From NCBI RefSeq assembly GCF_018350175.1, contig NC_058369.1, positions 9,302,001 through 9,366,000 on the forward strand: 64,000 nt of DNA, written 5' to 3'. The notes below the pieces were generated by a model. It was not told where the DNA came from. It worked only from the letters and a program-made list of their open reading frames with translations, and did not search any database. Position 1 is the first letter of the stretch. The number at the start of each line of letters is the position of its first letter. The position numbers were made by a program, and so were the translations under genes. Shown here piece by piece: positions 29,712-40,528 of this stretch. The DNA is from Felis catus. Taxonomy: Eukaryota.

Positions 29712-32036
29712 CTGGGGGCAAAAGGGTCAGAGGTCACGGGGGGTGGGGGGACGAGGTACCATCGCCCCCCACCCACCACCCCTGAGCTGCCTCCCCAACG
29801 GGGCTTGCCGTTCGTCATGTGGGATACTTTGGCCATCTTCCTGAGGACCCCATCCATCCGGGACTGGGTGTGGTCCATCTCGTGAGCAAAGGCATCCAGC
29901 ATGCTGTTGATACCGAGATGGCGTTAGCCTCCAAAAGTTCTGGGCACACCAGCGCGGCCAGCTGAGGGCACCCAGCCCACCCCCAGGATCCTGGCCTCAC
30001 ACGCCCTGCTCGTCCAGCTCCTCCCCAACACGGCCAGACATGTGCCTCAGGACCCGGATGCTCCCGGACACCATTTCCAGCTGTTGATTCTGTTGGTCCA
30101 TGATCAGCTGCAGATTGGAGGAGTGGGAACTGCCGTCAGCGGGGGGCCCTGAGCTGTCCGGAGGCCCCTCCGGCCCAGGATCCCCGACTACCCGCACGAA
30201 CCTGCTGTGTAGCCTGCTGCTCCTCAATGTAACGAGAGGTGGCTGCGGCCATGCTGGCGTCCAGCAGGTCGCTGGATGGCTTTGGGGCGGCTGGCTTGCC
30301 TGTCAGCATCTATGGGGGCACAGACCACAGGTTCAGGGAGACAGGGCCACTCACAGCAAAGCCAGACACAGACTGGTGGCAAATCTAGATGGCTGTTGCC
30401 CAGGAAGGTGGTCTTAGGAATGGGATAGCCTGGGTTCCCCAAGCCCACCGCTTGCTAACAAGGTGACCCCAAGGTCCTATCAATTGACCTCCCTATGCCT
30501 CAGTTTCCTCCTCCGTAAAACGGGGAGTTCCTGGGGCTGGAATGCGGATTGCCCAAATCCATGGTGGACTCATCATATAAACAGATGTATTTAAGAATTT
30601 GGACTTTGACCCTCAAGGCAGCACACCTGGAAAGCCCGTGGGCACTGCTCTAGGACCCCAAGCTCGTGCAGGTCTCGGCCCTACACCCTCCCAGATCCCA
30701 CATGGGCATCCCATGACGGGTTGGAGACAGGCTGGATGGACACACAGAAGAAAAAAGTACCAACAGAGGCAGCTGGGGGAGTGCGCACAAAAGGCATACG
30801 CAGGCACATACAGGGCAGGCACACCCACGGAGGGAAATGGTATGCAAGCCGACTGCAGATGGGGATCTACTCAGAGGCCAAGTTCACAGGCTCAGAAGTG
30901 CCAGGTACAGACACAGAAAAAAAAGGTAGGCATACATCCTGGAAACAGTGACGCAACAAGCAAAAAGAAAAAAAAAAGAGAGAGGGGGTGGGATACAGAC
31001 CCGCACTAGGAGGCAGAAAGGATTCTACACCCAGAAAGAGCGGGCAGGTAGACAGCCAGGAACCAACTGCTCGGAGAAGATGGGCACTGACACAGAAGAG
31101 ACCGACTGCTGCACGTGCAAAGGAGACGAGTGAACACACACAGAGGGGTCAGGCTTGGGCTCGGGTGGGTGAGGTTGCTGGGTCCGGATGCCTTACCTCT
31201 CTCTTATTCCTCTCCATAAAGGCTATGGCTGCCGGGCTGACCATATGGTCCTTCATATCCTGGGGGGTGAGGACGCCATCAGAGAGTAAAGATACTCCAA
31301 CCTCCCCACACTCGCGCCACCGAAAACTCTCCTCACCTGGACTGCCTCCCGCATCCGCTCCACGAACACCTTTCTCTCCTGCAGGTCTCCGGCTGGGAGC
31401 TTGAACTTTCCCGGGTTGGCTTCCACTATGCGTAAGTCGCGAGTCAAGGGTCAAGGCCAAAGCCAGACATGACCCCCTCCTCTGCCTCAAGCCCTCAACT
31501 CCACCCAGGTGTCCGGTTGCCCCCTGCCACAACAGTGGGCTCTCCCAGGACGCCTTGCAACCCCCCAGGATATCGATGGTCTCCTCCAGGTCCTCGAGGT
31601 CCCACTCGATGCTGCGCAGGCCATTCCGCAGTTCATTGGTCGTCCAGTCCAGCTCCTCGCGTCCGACCGCCGCGTCCTCTTGCAGGAGCTCGCACCAGCG
31701 CTGGTACAGCCCGCGGGCCGTGTTCACCGCCTTCTGCACCTCGCTGCCGGGCAGGGGCACACACAGCGGTCACGGCTGGGGGCAGGCGGCCCTCCCGCCG
31801 GCCACTGCGCCCCCAAACGAGTCAGGGCTCAGGATATCCTGATAACCCCCTGCGCACCCATCCCACTCGGCCACGGGTCTTCCCTGACCCGCGCACCCCG
31901 ACGGCCGTGCCCAAACTGCCTAGCACGCTCTGCCGGACACGCGGGCATTAGTTGGCGGGGGGACCGAGCACCCTCTTCGCTCCCCCATTGCTGTCACTCA
32001 CCCTCGGACAACAAAAAATGGGTCCTCGAGAGACAT
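29635..32036 (-). CDS. STX10: Syntaxin-10 (Qc-SNARE, endosome-TGN), 249 aa
   Basis: Exons 32036-32002, 31743-31574, 31431-31337, 31259-31197, 30309-30202, 30107-30001, 29903-29809, 29711-29635 = 750 nt. [18 protein letters not shown] start, SNARE motif, C-terminal [23 protein letters not shown]. Intron 2 is AT-AC and intron 7 is GC-AG. Confidence 0.96.
29809..29903 (-). CDS. STX10: STX10 exon 7
   Basis: [22 protein letters not shown]; aacag acceptor; GC donor. Confidence 0.88.
30001..30107 (-). CDS. STX10: STX10 exon 6
   Basis: [23 protein letters not shown] donor. Confidence 0.93.
30202..30309 (-). CDS. STX10: STX10 exon 5
   Basis: MLTGKPAAP...[10 protein letters not shown]; donor CAG|GTTCGT. 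Confidence 0.9.
31197..31259 (-). CDS. STX10: STX10 exon 4
   Basis: DMKDHMVSP...NKRE; GTAAGG donor. Confidence 0.93.
31337..31431 (-). CDS. STX10: STX10 exon 3
   Basis: [22 protein letters not shown] acceptor. Confidence 0.92.
31432..31573 (-). other. STX10: U12-type (minor spliceosome) AT-AC intron of STX10
   Basis: 5' ATATCCTG, branch CCTTGAC x2 (31456-31443), terminal AC; restores the IGIVEAN frame. Confidence 0.92.
31574..31743 (-). CDS. STX10: STX10 exon 2
   Basis: [16 protein letters not shown]...LEETI; ATATCCTG donor. Confidence 0.93.
32002..32036 (-). CDS. STX10: STX10 exon 1 coding part
   Basis: [17 protein letters not shown] donor. Confidence 0.93.
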
Positions 32037-32330
32037 GTCACACAAACCCCGCCCGAGGCCAAGCCCCCCTCCCGTCTCGGCTTTGGTAGCGGGTTCCCTC
32101 CCAGCAAGAAGGGAAAGCGCCGCCTCCCCCGCCCCCGTCACGTGACCCGCATCACCATCGAGAACCTGGACGCCAGGGTAGAAAGAGAGGCCTCGGCCTC
32201 GGAGGCCCGCGCTTCCGCCCTCCCCGCGGCCATCTTTATTGTGGGCAGAAACAGCTTCGCGTCCCCGTAGCTCGTCGCGCCCGCCCCCAGCAGAGTCCCA
32301 GTTAAATCTGGCTGGGTTGGGGGTCGGAGC
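32037..32330 (-). promoter_or_regulatory. STX10: STX10 CpG-island promoter
   Basis: GTCACGTGAC 32137-32146, YY1-type AAGATGGCCG 32236-32227, GC boxes. Confidence 0.75.
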
Positions 32331-32499
32331 TCCTAATCTCTCGGTTGGAGGGCTAGCCCTTCGCATTGTTGCCGCAGCAACCTCAGTTTCCCTTTTGGGC
32401 AATGTGAATAATAATAACCTTCTTCAAATCAGAGATTATGACTAGGGAAGGGGATCATTCGATTGGTAGAACCTCTCTCTCTCTCTCTCTCTCTCTTTT

Positions 32500-32675
32500 T
32501 TTAAATGTTTGTTTATTCTTGAGACAGAGAGCAAGCGCCGGGGAGGAGCAGAGAGAGATGGCGGGGACAGAGGATCCCAAGCGGGCTCCACGCTGACAGC
32601 AGACAGCCCAACGCGGGTCTCGAGCCCACGAACCCCAGGTCGTGACCCCAGCACGACCCCCAATTTGGGGCGCCC
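32500..32675 (-). mobile_element. CAN-SINE
   Basis: Reverse-complement SINEC body ending GGGGCGCCCC. Confidence 0.8.
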
Positions 32676-33729
32676 CCACTTTGAAGACGCTCTTAACAGA
32701 CCTCCTGAGCCTGCACCTTGATCCTGTACTCGGAGATCGTCCCAGCCCAGAGTTGGGAAGGGGTGGGGGGAGAGGTAGTCCTCCCCACTTTACCGCAGGA
32801 GGTGGAGTGAGGTGCGGGCATTCTCCGGTGGAGAGTCTTGCTGGACTACCCCTCCTCTTTTGTTCTACGGAGGAGGGCGCCCCAAGATCGCCCTGGGGTG
32901 GGGTGGTTGTGAGTGGGAGCCCCAGAGATGCCTCTGGGGTGTGGGATCTTTCTGCGTGCGAGGCAGGAGTCGGGAAAAGGGGGGCGTGGTGGTGGCTTCT
33001 GTATACAAGAAAGTTCTCGGTGTGTGGGGTCTCCGTCTGGGGAGGGACCAGGAATGTCTGGAGACTCATAGAGTGGATCCCTGTGTGACAGAGGCGATCT
33101 GTGTGACAAGGTCTCCGGAAAAGCACTCTTTTTTTTGGAGGGGCGGGGGGAGCCATCACCTGAGTGGGGTCCTAGTCTGTCTCTGGGGAAGTCTGGGCAG
33201 GATGTCTGAAGTTCTTGGAGAGCCTGTGTTTCAGAGTCTCTCAGAGACAGAGCCTGGGCTGGGAATATCATTGTGGATTCGCCGTGGGGGTCCTGGGGGA
33301 GATGGGGGCGTCCTCAGCGGGTCGCCGTAGTGTGTGGCAGGATCGATGATTAGGGACAGTTTTTGGAGGGGTCAAGAAGGTAAAATTGTTGAGTCCTTAG
33401 GTGCAGGGGGTGGGAAGGCGGGGCGTGGGGTTCTCCAAGGGTGCATGATTTGGGGGGGGGGGTGGAGAAGGAACACCTGGGAGAGAACCTTGTAGGGAGA
33501 AATAATTGTGTGGGTCTCTGTGGGGGAACAGGGACGAATGGGTCCTCAGCGAATCGCCCCTCGTGTTAGCAAGGTCTTTGGGGAGGGTCTCTGGGAGATG
33601 GCGTCAGTGGAAGCCCAGAGATCGCCCCTACCTGCTGGCGGGGGGCTTCCCGGAGAGGCGTCACGCCTTCTCGGCCGCCGGAGGGAAGGAAGCGAAGCCT
33701 TCCCCTCCTTTCCCGCCCGCCCAGCTAAA

Positions 33730-34030
33730 CTCTGGTCCGGAAGCCCGGGACTACAGCCTTCCTTAGCGGCTGGGAGCGGGGGAGGGAAGGGAAGGGGGCG
33801 TGTTCGGAGGCCAGGCACCGCCCCCGCCCGCCCGGAAGGAGGCTGCCTCAGCTCAGAGCGGAGATCCCGGCCCCTGTCCTTATATGGGCAGCCGGAAGCG
33901 GCTCGCGCGCCTGCCTACGTCATTATACCCAAATTTAGTCGTGGAAGTCTGGCGCTTCCAGTGGCCGGAAGACTCCGCTCTCCCTACGGCGCGGCAAGGG
34001 AGGAGGGAGACGAGCCTTCCCTTAAAGGGC
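33730..34030 (+). promoter_or_regulatory. IER2: IER2 upstream serum response element cluster
   Basis: Perfect CArG CCTTATATGG 33878-33887, adjacent Ets CCGGAAG 33892-33898 (others near 33737, 33832, 33965), CRE-like TACGTCA 33916-33922, CArG-like CCAAATTTAG 33929-33938. Confidence 0.85.
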
Positions 34031-35094
34031 CCTTGCCACGAATGAATGGAGCTATAGGAACAATTTTGCATCTTGTTTTGGAGGAACTGGAGCAATAGGG
34101 CGTAGCGGAGGGTGGGGCCGATGTTTTCTATCTATCCGCTCTCTCTCTGCCTTGCTCAGTTTACAGCTCCTACCCCAAGCACGCTTCCTGGGGCGCAGGG
34201 GCGGAGCAGGGCCGTGTTGTCTAAGGGGCACAGCCACGTGTTCACCCGGACTGTCCTGTTGCCCGGGTCCTGCGTCCTGCGAGCACCCAGCCCACCCGTG
34301 GAGCTCGAGTAGAGGAAAGGGGCGGGGGGCGTTCGGTGTGGAGCGCAGGAATGACACCCAGGGCTGCGTTCGTGTCTGCAGACATCCAATGCCCGTGGAG
34401 TGGGCAGCTATGCCTAGGAGCCAGCCCCCGCTGCCCGCCTGCTTACTGCCTACAGAGAAGGAGTGAGGAGGGCTGGCTTACGCTAGAAAGACGCAAGAGC
34501 TGGAGGCCCCAGTGTCCCTTTTCACTGCAGTGGCCGTTTATTCGTTTAGCAAACATTGGACGAGTCACTCTGTCTCGATTTCCCCAGCGGAAGAAATCAG
34601 GTACAGCAGTACCCTCCGCGGAGTGGAGGTGAGGCATTTAGTAAAGGAAAACCCTTAACAGCGCCTGACGGGTAGTAAGTGCTTTCGTAAGTGTTAGCAC
34701 GGTTACTGATTCAAAAAATACGAATCGGTTACTGATTCAAAAAATATTAACTAGACACCTAGTAGCTGCTAGGAACTGTGCCCACGGGGTATATACCGGT
34801 TCGAACCCCGGTCTTCCCCGGTGCGAAGGGAAACTCGCTGCCTACAAGCCACTGGGGCTTCAAACGCAAGCACGTGGGTGGACTCTGATTCCCCCATCCG
34901 CCGCCCTGCTCTTCTGGGCCCGCGCGCCTGCTCATTGAGGGCCCTGGGAAAGGAGACCACCCCGAGAGCTCTGCGTGGACTGGGGAATGCTCCCCCACGC
35001 CCCGACTCCCTCCCTTCTCCCGCCTGGGTAAATTCTACCCTGTCGCTTTAAGGAGTCTCTCGCCGTGGTGCGTTGGGAAGCCCGGATGCGGCTC

Positions 35095-35170
35095 TCGGAT
35101 TGGGCGGGGCGTCTCCGTGACTTCACCCCGGGTACAAAAGGGCCCGGGTGGCGGGCGCCGGGGCAGAGCG
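35095..35170 (+). promoter_or_regulatory. IER2: IER2 proximal promoter
   Basis: ATTGG 35099-35103, GC box, TGACTTCA 35118-35125, TATA-like TACAAAA 35133-35139. Confidence 0.65.
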
Positions 35171-35302
35171 TCCTAGCAGTGTCACGGCGTGGGTTGGCGC
35201 GAGGGGAGAAGCGTGAACGAGCGCGGAGCCCGGAGTGCACCTGCTACCTGTCCTGCCCAGTCAGGGAGCCCCCGCCGTCCTCGCCCCCGCCGTCTAGCCG
35301 CC

Positions 35303-35974
35303 ATGGAGGTGCAGAAGGAGGCTCAACGCATCATGACCCTGTCGGTGTGGAAGATGTACCATTCGCGCATGCAGCGCGGTGGCCTGCGGCTGCACCGGAG
35401 TCTGCAGCTGTCGCTGGTCATGCGCAGCGCGCGAGAGCTCTACCTCTCGGCCAAGGTGGAAGCCCACGAGCCCGAGGTGCCCTTGCCGCCCGTCCGCTCC
35501 TCTGATCCTCGCCTGCACCAGTTGCGGGAAGCGGAAGCTGTGGCCGAGGCAGCGCCCCCCGACGGTGAGCAGCCTTCCCCGGAGCCCATGGACACGCGGG
35601 AGGCGCCGGGAGCCGCGGAGACCCCAGCTCCCTGTGCCCCGCGCCCCACTAAAGTCAGCCGCAAGCGGCGGAGCAGCAGCCTGAGTGACGGCGGGGACGT
35701 CGGACTGGTCCCAAGCAAGAAAGCCCGTCTAGAAGAAGAGGAGGAGGAGGCAGGGGCCTCTTCGGAGGTCCCTGATCGCCTGCAGCCACCTCCCGCTCAA
35801 GCGGAGGGCGCCTTCCCCAACCTGGCGCGCGTCCTACAGAGGCGCTTCTCTGGCCTCCTGAACTGCAGCCCCGCCGCCCCCCCGACGGCGCCGCCGGCAT
35901 GCGAGGCGAAGCCTGCCTGCCGCCCTGCGGACAGCATGCTGAACGTGCTCGTGCGGGCCGTGGTGGCCTTCTGA
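35303..35974 (+). CDS. IER2: Immediate early response 2 (pip92/ETR101), 223 aa, uninterrupted CDS
   Basis: GCCGCCATGG Kozak; IER domain MEVQKEAQRIMTLSVWKMYHSRMQRGGLRLHRSL; NLS-like SRKRR/KKAR; C-terminus LVRAVVAF. Confidence 0.98.
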   Translation: MEVQKEAQRIMTLSVWKMYHSRMQRGGLRLHRSLQLSLVMRSARELYLSAKVEAHEPEVPLPPVRSSDPRLHQLREAEAVAEAAPPDGEQPSPEPMDTREAPGAAETPAPCAPRPTKVSRKRRSSSLSDGGDVGLVPSKKARLEEEEEEAGASSEVPDRLQPPPAQAEGAFPNLARVLQRRFSGLLNCSPAAPPTAPPACEAKPACRPADSMLNVLVRAVVAF

Positions 35975-36955
35975 GGGTCCCCGAGCGGCGCTACGGGAGC
36001 CCAGAGCGCGGGCCGAACCGTCGGCCGGAGTGCGCACACCCGAGGCGAGGCCCGCCCCCGGGGGAGCGCCCGCTGAAACCGTGGAGAGGAGCTGCCGCCC
36101 GGGCTGCTGAGAGGCCTGAGGAGGGACTCTGCCCCCGGGGAGCCGTCGCCGCCTGTGCGCAGCGGCGGCGCCGAGGAGCCTGAGCGGGGAGCGCGAGCGC
36201 CTTCCGCCGAGACCTGCTGCGCCCACAGGTGCTGTCTTAACGGACTGGGACGTGGACCTTTCCCTCTCCTTCTGGGACTGGGAGCAGGGAGGCTAGGTTC
36301 TTTAAAACTCCTCAGGGTCGGACTTTATTTTTTATTGGGAGCTGTACTGCCCTTTCAAGGTTTTTCAATAGTTGGTGTTTGCATTTCCAACCTCAGAATT
36401 CCAGGCAGGCGCTCCCTTCCCCCACCAGTGACATACTTGTGCAAGCGGTCATCGTTGCGTCATGGGGCAGACGTGGGGAGCTTCCTGTTGCCTTGCGTGG
36501 GTGTGGGGCCTGGGAGGAGGGTCTGGGGTGTGGACCGCCCTGGGGAATGGGAGGAGGGCGTCCTGAGTCACCTCGCCCCGCGCGCTGCGGGTTTGTGCCC
36601 CGCGCCCCTGCGCCTTCGGCTGTATAGCGGGGGCAAGGTGGGGGCCCGATTTAATTTCAGGTTACAATTTTCCTCATCTGGTGCGTGAGAGGTGGTAATA
36701 CGTTCCCAGTCTCCGGCGTGACCGTCCCTCAGACACACAGACACAACCCAGACGATCCTGGTCTGGATCACAAAATTGGGTGGGGGTGTTTAGAGCGCTT
36801 GTAAGGCTGCGCTGGGACCAGTTGCTGGTGAGACTGGGCCAGTTTGGGAAGGGGAAGATTCTTGCCAGGGCGTGCTGAGGGCTGTTTACCTTTACTGTGG
36901 TGGATTCTGTTTAATTTCATCTATCTGGCTTTTTGCTAGAAACGCCAGATAGGAA

Positions 36956-36977
36956 AATAAAAGACCATTTGAATAAA
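36956..36977 (+). terminator. IER2: IER2 tandem polyadenylation signals
   Basis: AATAAA at 36956-36961 and 36972-36977. Confidence 0.85.
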
Positions 36978-39900
36978 GTCTGTGCTGCCCGTCTGGTTTT
37001 CTTCCCTGATGGGGGAGGGGCAGGGTTAAGGGGTCAGGAGCTGGCGGCGACTTGCTGGGGCCCCAGAAACCGGTCTGACCGGCTATCACGTGGGTAGAGT
37101 GGGCGGGATGGGGCTGGGCCCCCTTTTCTTTGCCAGAGCGTTTCCGTGCTGGGTGTTCTGGTCCTCTGACTCCTTCAGCTCCCCCACATTCGGTGGTTCC
37201 GTCGAAATCCTGCAACTCGGGGCAGGCGGGGGCGGGGGGGGGGCGGAGACGGCTTGACGAGTTCAGACCTTTGAGGGGGATTACCGATGGGTCCAGTGCC
37301 CCGAACAGAATTGGGAAGGCCACGCCTCCTTTGGAGGCTTTCGGAGGATGGCAGGCAGATCTCACCTCCCCCCACCCCACTTGACCGACTGAATCAGCTT
37401 TGGCGGGGGTCCCCCAGCTTGCGGGGGAGCTGAAGTGCGCTTTGGGGCGCCCTTTATACCCTTGTTCTTATCTCTGGCGGTACCATTTTGTGACTCAGGC
37501 TGGGAGGGGAGGTTCCCAGCCTCAGTCTCCCCGTCTGTGAAGTGGGCCTGTAAACAGCTTCCCCGAAAGGTGGCTGTAGATTTAGAAACACCCCCCTGAG
37601 AGCCCTAGTTATTTGCTTTGGCTCCATCCCAGCTCCATTTTAGTCACCCCAGAGGAGAAAACGCTCATAATGTATCCGGTGCTGATTTAGGAGAGGGGCT
37701 GCGAGGCGTCGCCCCAGGGCGGGTGGCGGGGTGGCGGTTAGGAGGACAAAGGAGCCGCAGGTGCGGGCAGTGAGGGCGGCGGGAGGCGCCGGGAAAGCAG
37801 CCGCCCCGCCTCCAGACGGCTGGCTCCGGCCCTGCCAGCTTCCCGCGACCCCGGGGGACCTGACCCCGAGGCCGTAGAGTGGAAGGAGGAGGGTGAGATG
37901 GAGGGTGGACCCGCCCCAGAACTCCCGCCTCCGGCTCCCCTCCAGCCTCGTCCACCCACCCCGCTCCCCGCCTCCCTCTGGGTTCCCCCAGGGGAATCTA
38001 GCCCAGCTCGCCTCCGCGGCCACCTGATTCTTTCCTGGGGAAACACGGGAGACTTAAGCGCCACCCACTCGGGGTCCTGACCCGTAACTCCCCAGTGGGA
38101 CGTGGGGGGGGGGGGAGACTGGAGCCCCACACCCCAGCGGCAGTTCAGTGCGTTCGCGTGGGAGCAGCTCCCCTGAGAACCTGGCCTGCCCCGGGAAGTC
38201 CCCGGCGGCTGGGGAGGGGGCCCTCAATGCGCATCCTGTCGCAGGAACCTCCTGGCCCTTCCTTCCTCCCCGGGAAGCGGTCAGGCTGATCTCCGCCCCA
38301 CCTCCTGGGGGTTTCCGGGCTGGGGGCTGGAGATGATGAAGTGGGAGACAGGAGAAGCCCCCCCCCCATCCCTTTAATATATATATCCCCCTTCCCAAGA
38401 CCCCATTCCACCCTTCCGAATAGGCAACATTGAATATTCGTCACAATAACCTGGGTTTTCACACCGTTACATGGCATCGGATCATCGGGCTAGGCCCTCT
38501 GGGGGAGTAATTCATGGGACAATAGTTGTGAAAACTAAAGGTGTCACAAGTCCCTTGACCAGTAGAGTCCCCCCGGGGGAACCTCAGGCCTGCAGCAGGA
38601 GGCTCCAGAAGGCTGTTCATTACAGTGTCCACAGTACAAATTGGAAACAACCCACATGCCCATCCCATCTAACCGGTCTGGTAGAATTCGGACTACCCAC
38701 GCCTCCCCGGAGAATAAATGGCCTGAGCGGGGACAGATCTACACTCTCTGGCGACACCAACGGCTCAGAACCATGACGCTGAGGGACAAGGGCCGGCGGC
38801 AGACCTTGTGGGGGTGGGAACACAGATTCTGGAGCCGTTTGAGCGAGTCACTTCACCTCTCTGGGCCTCCGTTTCCCTGGCTGTACACTGTGGGCAACCA
38901 TAGCCCCTACCTCTTGGGGGTCCGTTGCGAAGATTAAGTGAGATAATACATATAAAGGGCCTGGTGGGATGCCTGGCACACCGGAAGCGGTGTTATTTTA
39001 TTATTGGTAGAACTCAGAATAACAGGGCCGTCCGTTTAAAGGCGCATACAGCAATACAGGCATTTGGTGTGGCAATGTGGGTACAGATGCAGTGCTCATC
39101 CCAGAGGGCTGGAGAAATAGTTCCTGCCTCCAACAGCTCCGTGTGCATGAGGGTCAGCGTCCCCGCTCAGCTCCAGAGTTTGGTTTCATCCTAGGGATTT
39201 GACCGGGTTGACTCTTGCCTCCTCCCAGGCCTCCACACTTCCGGTTTCCTCCCACCTCAGGCCCTGGGCCTCTGGCTGTCTACACTCACCCCTTTGTAGG
39301 TAGTCTCATTCAGTCGCAGGGCCTTAAATGCCACTCTATGCCGGCTCCCAAATTTTGCTCTCCAGCCTGGACCCCCTCCCCCACCCCCAGGCCTTCTGTC
39401 CAAGGCCCCTTCCCATGTCTCCCTGGCCTCCCAACTGAGGAATCCTCCTTGGATCCCTTTTTCTCCTTCCCGCCCATGGCACCCAGTCACAGGTGCTGTC
39501 AACTTGACCTCTCATCCCACTCCACTTTCTCCACCTCCTGGCTCCGATGTTGGTGTGGGCTGCTGTTACCTCTCACATGGATCAGGGGCAGTGGCTTCCC
39601 CCCTGCTCTCGCCCCCACAATCTATCCTACCCCGCAGCCACACAGATCTTCTAAAAATGCAAGTTGGATAATGTCACTCTCCAGCTCCCCTCTGCTTCAT
39701 CCACCGTGGCCTCTTTTCTGCTTGGAGAACAGGCCAGGCATGTCCCAGTCCAGGGCCTTTGCACTTGGTGTTGCTTCTGTTTGGGATGCTCCTCTCCCAG
39801 ACATCCATTCTCACTTTGTTCAGATCTCTGCCGGAATGTCACCTCCTGGGAGAGGCCTTCTTTGGCCATCTGATCTAAAGACGCTCCCCACTCTGCCTCC

Positions 39901-40297
39901 CAGCCCCTTTACCCCTCTTCTCAGCCTTCCTTCAAACACTACTCACCGTCTGGAAGGGTAAATTAATGTTCTAGTTCGCACCTGTGTTCACATGTCCGTT
40001 CCAGGAATGCCCAACCCAGGCCTGGAAGAGTCCATGAGGTTGCCTGGGGGAGGCAAGTGCTAAGTGCTTAGTAGTTATTGTCGCATTTAATCAGTGGCTG
40101 CCCATGACTCTTAGCATAGAATTTACCAAATTTCAGAGGCTGCCCATGACTCTTAGCATAGAATTTACCAAATTTCAGACCGTTGATGGCCAGGATTTTT
40201 GTCATATCTGCAAGACAACTGTACTATTATTTATCTAAAAATGTTTCTGAACGTAAGCCGCTTGTTAATCACGGACCATACTTAGAAGGTAACCTTT

Positions 40298-40528
40298 TTT
40301 TTTTCATTTTTTTTTAATGTTTATTTATTTTTGAGACAGAGAGAGACAGCGCATGAATGGGGGAGGGGCAGAGAGAGAGAGGGAGACACAGAATTGGAAG
40401 CAAGCTCCAGGCTCTGAGCCATCAGCCCAGAGCCCGACGCGGGGCTCGAACTCACGGACTCACGGACCGTGAGATCGTGACCTGGGCTGAAGTCGGACAC
40501 TTAACCGACTGAGCCACCCAGGCACCCC
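40298..40528 (-). mobile_element. Young SINEC_Fc-type SINE
   Basis: TSD AGAAGGTAACCTTT 40284-40297 / 40529-40542. Confidence 0.9.

Noticed and set aside
32037..32402. N-terminal extension of STX10
   Set aside because: No in-frame ATG; overlaps the promoter; MSLEDPF is the family-typical start
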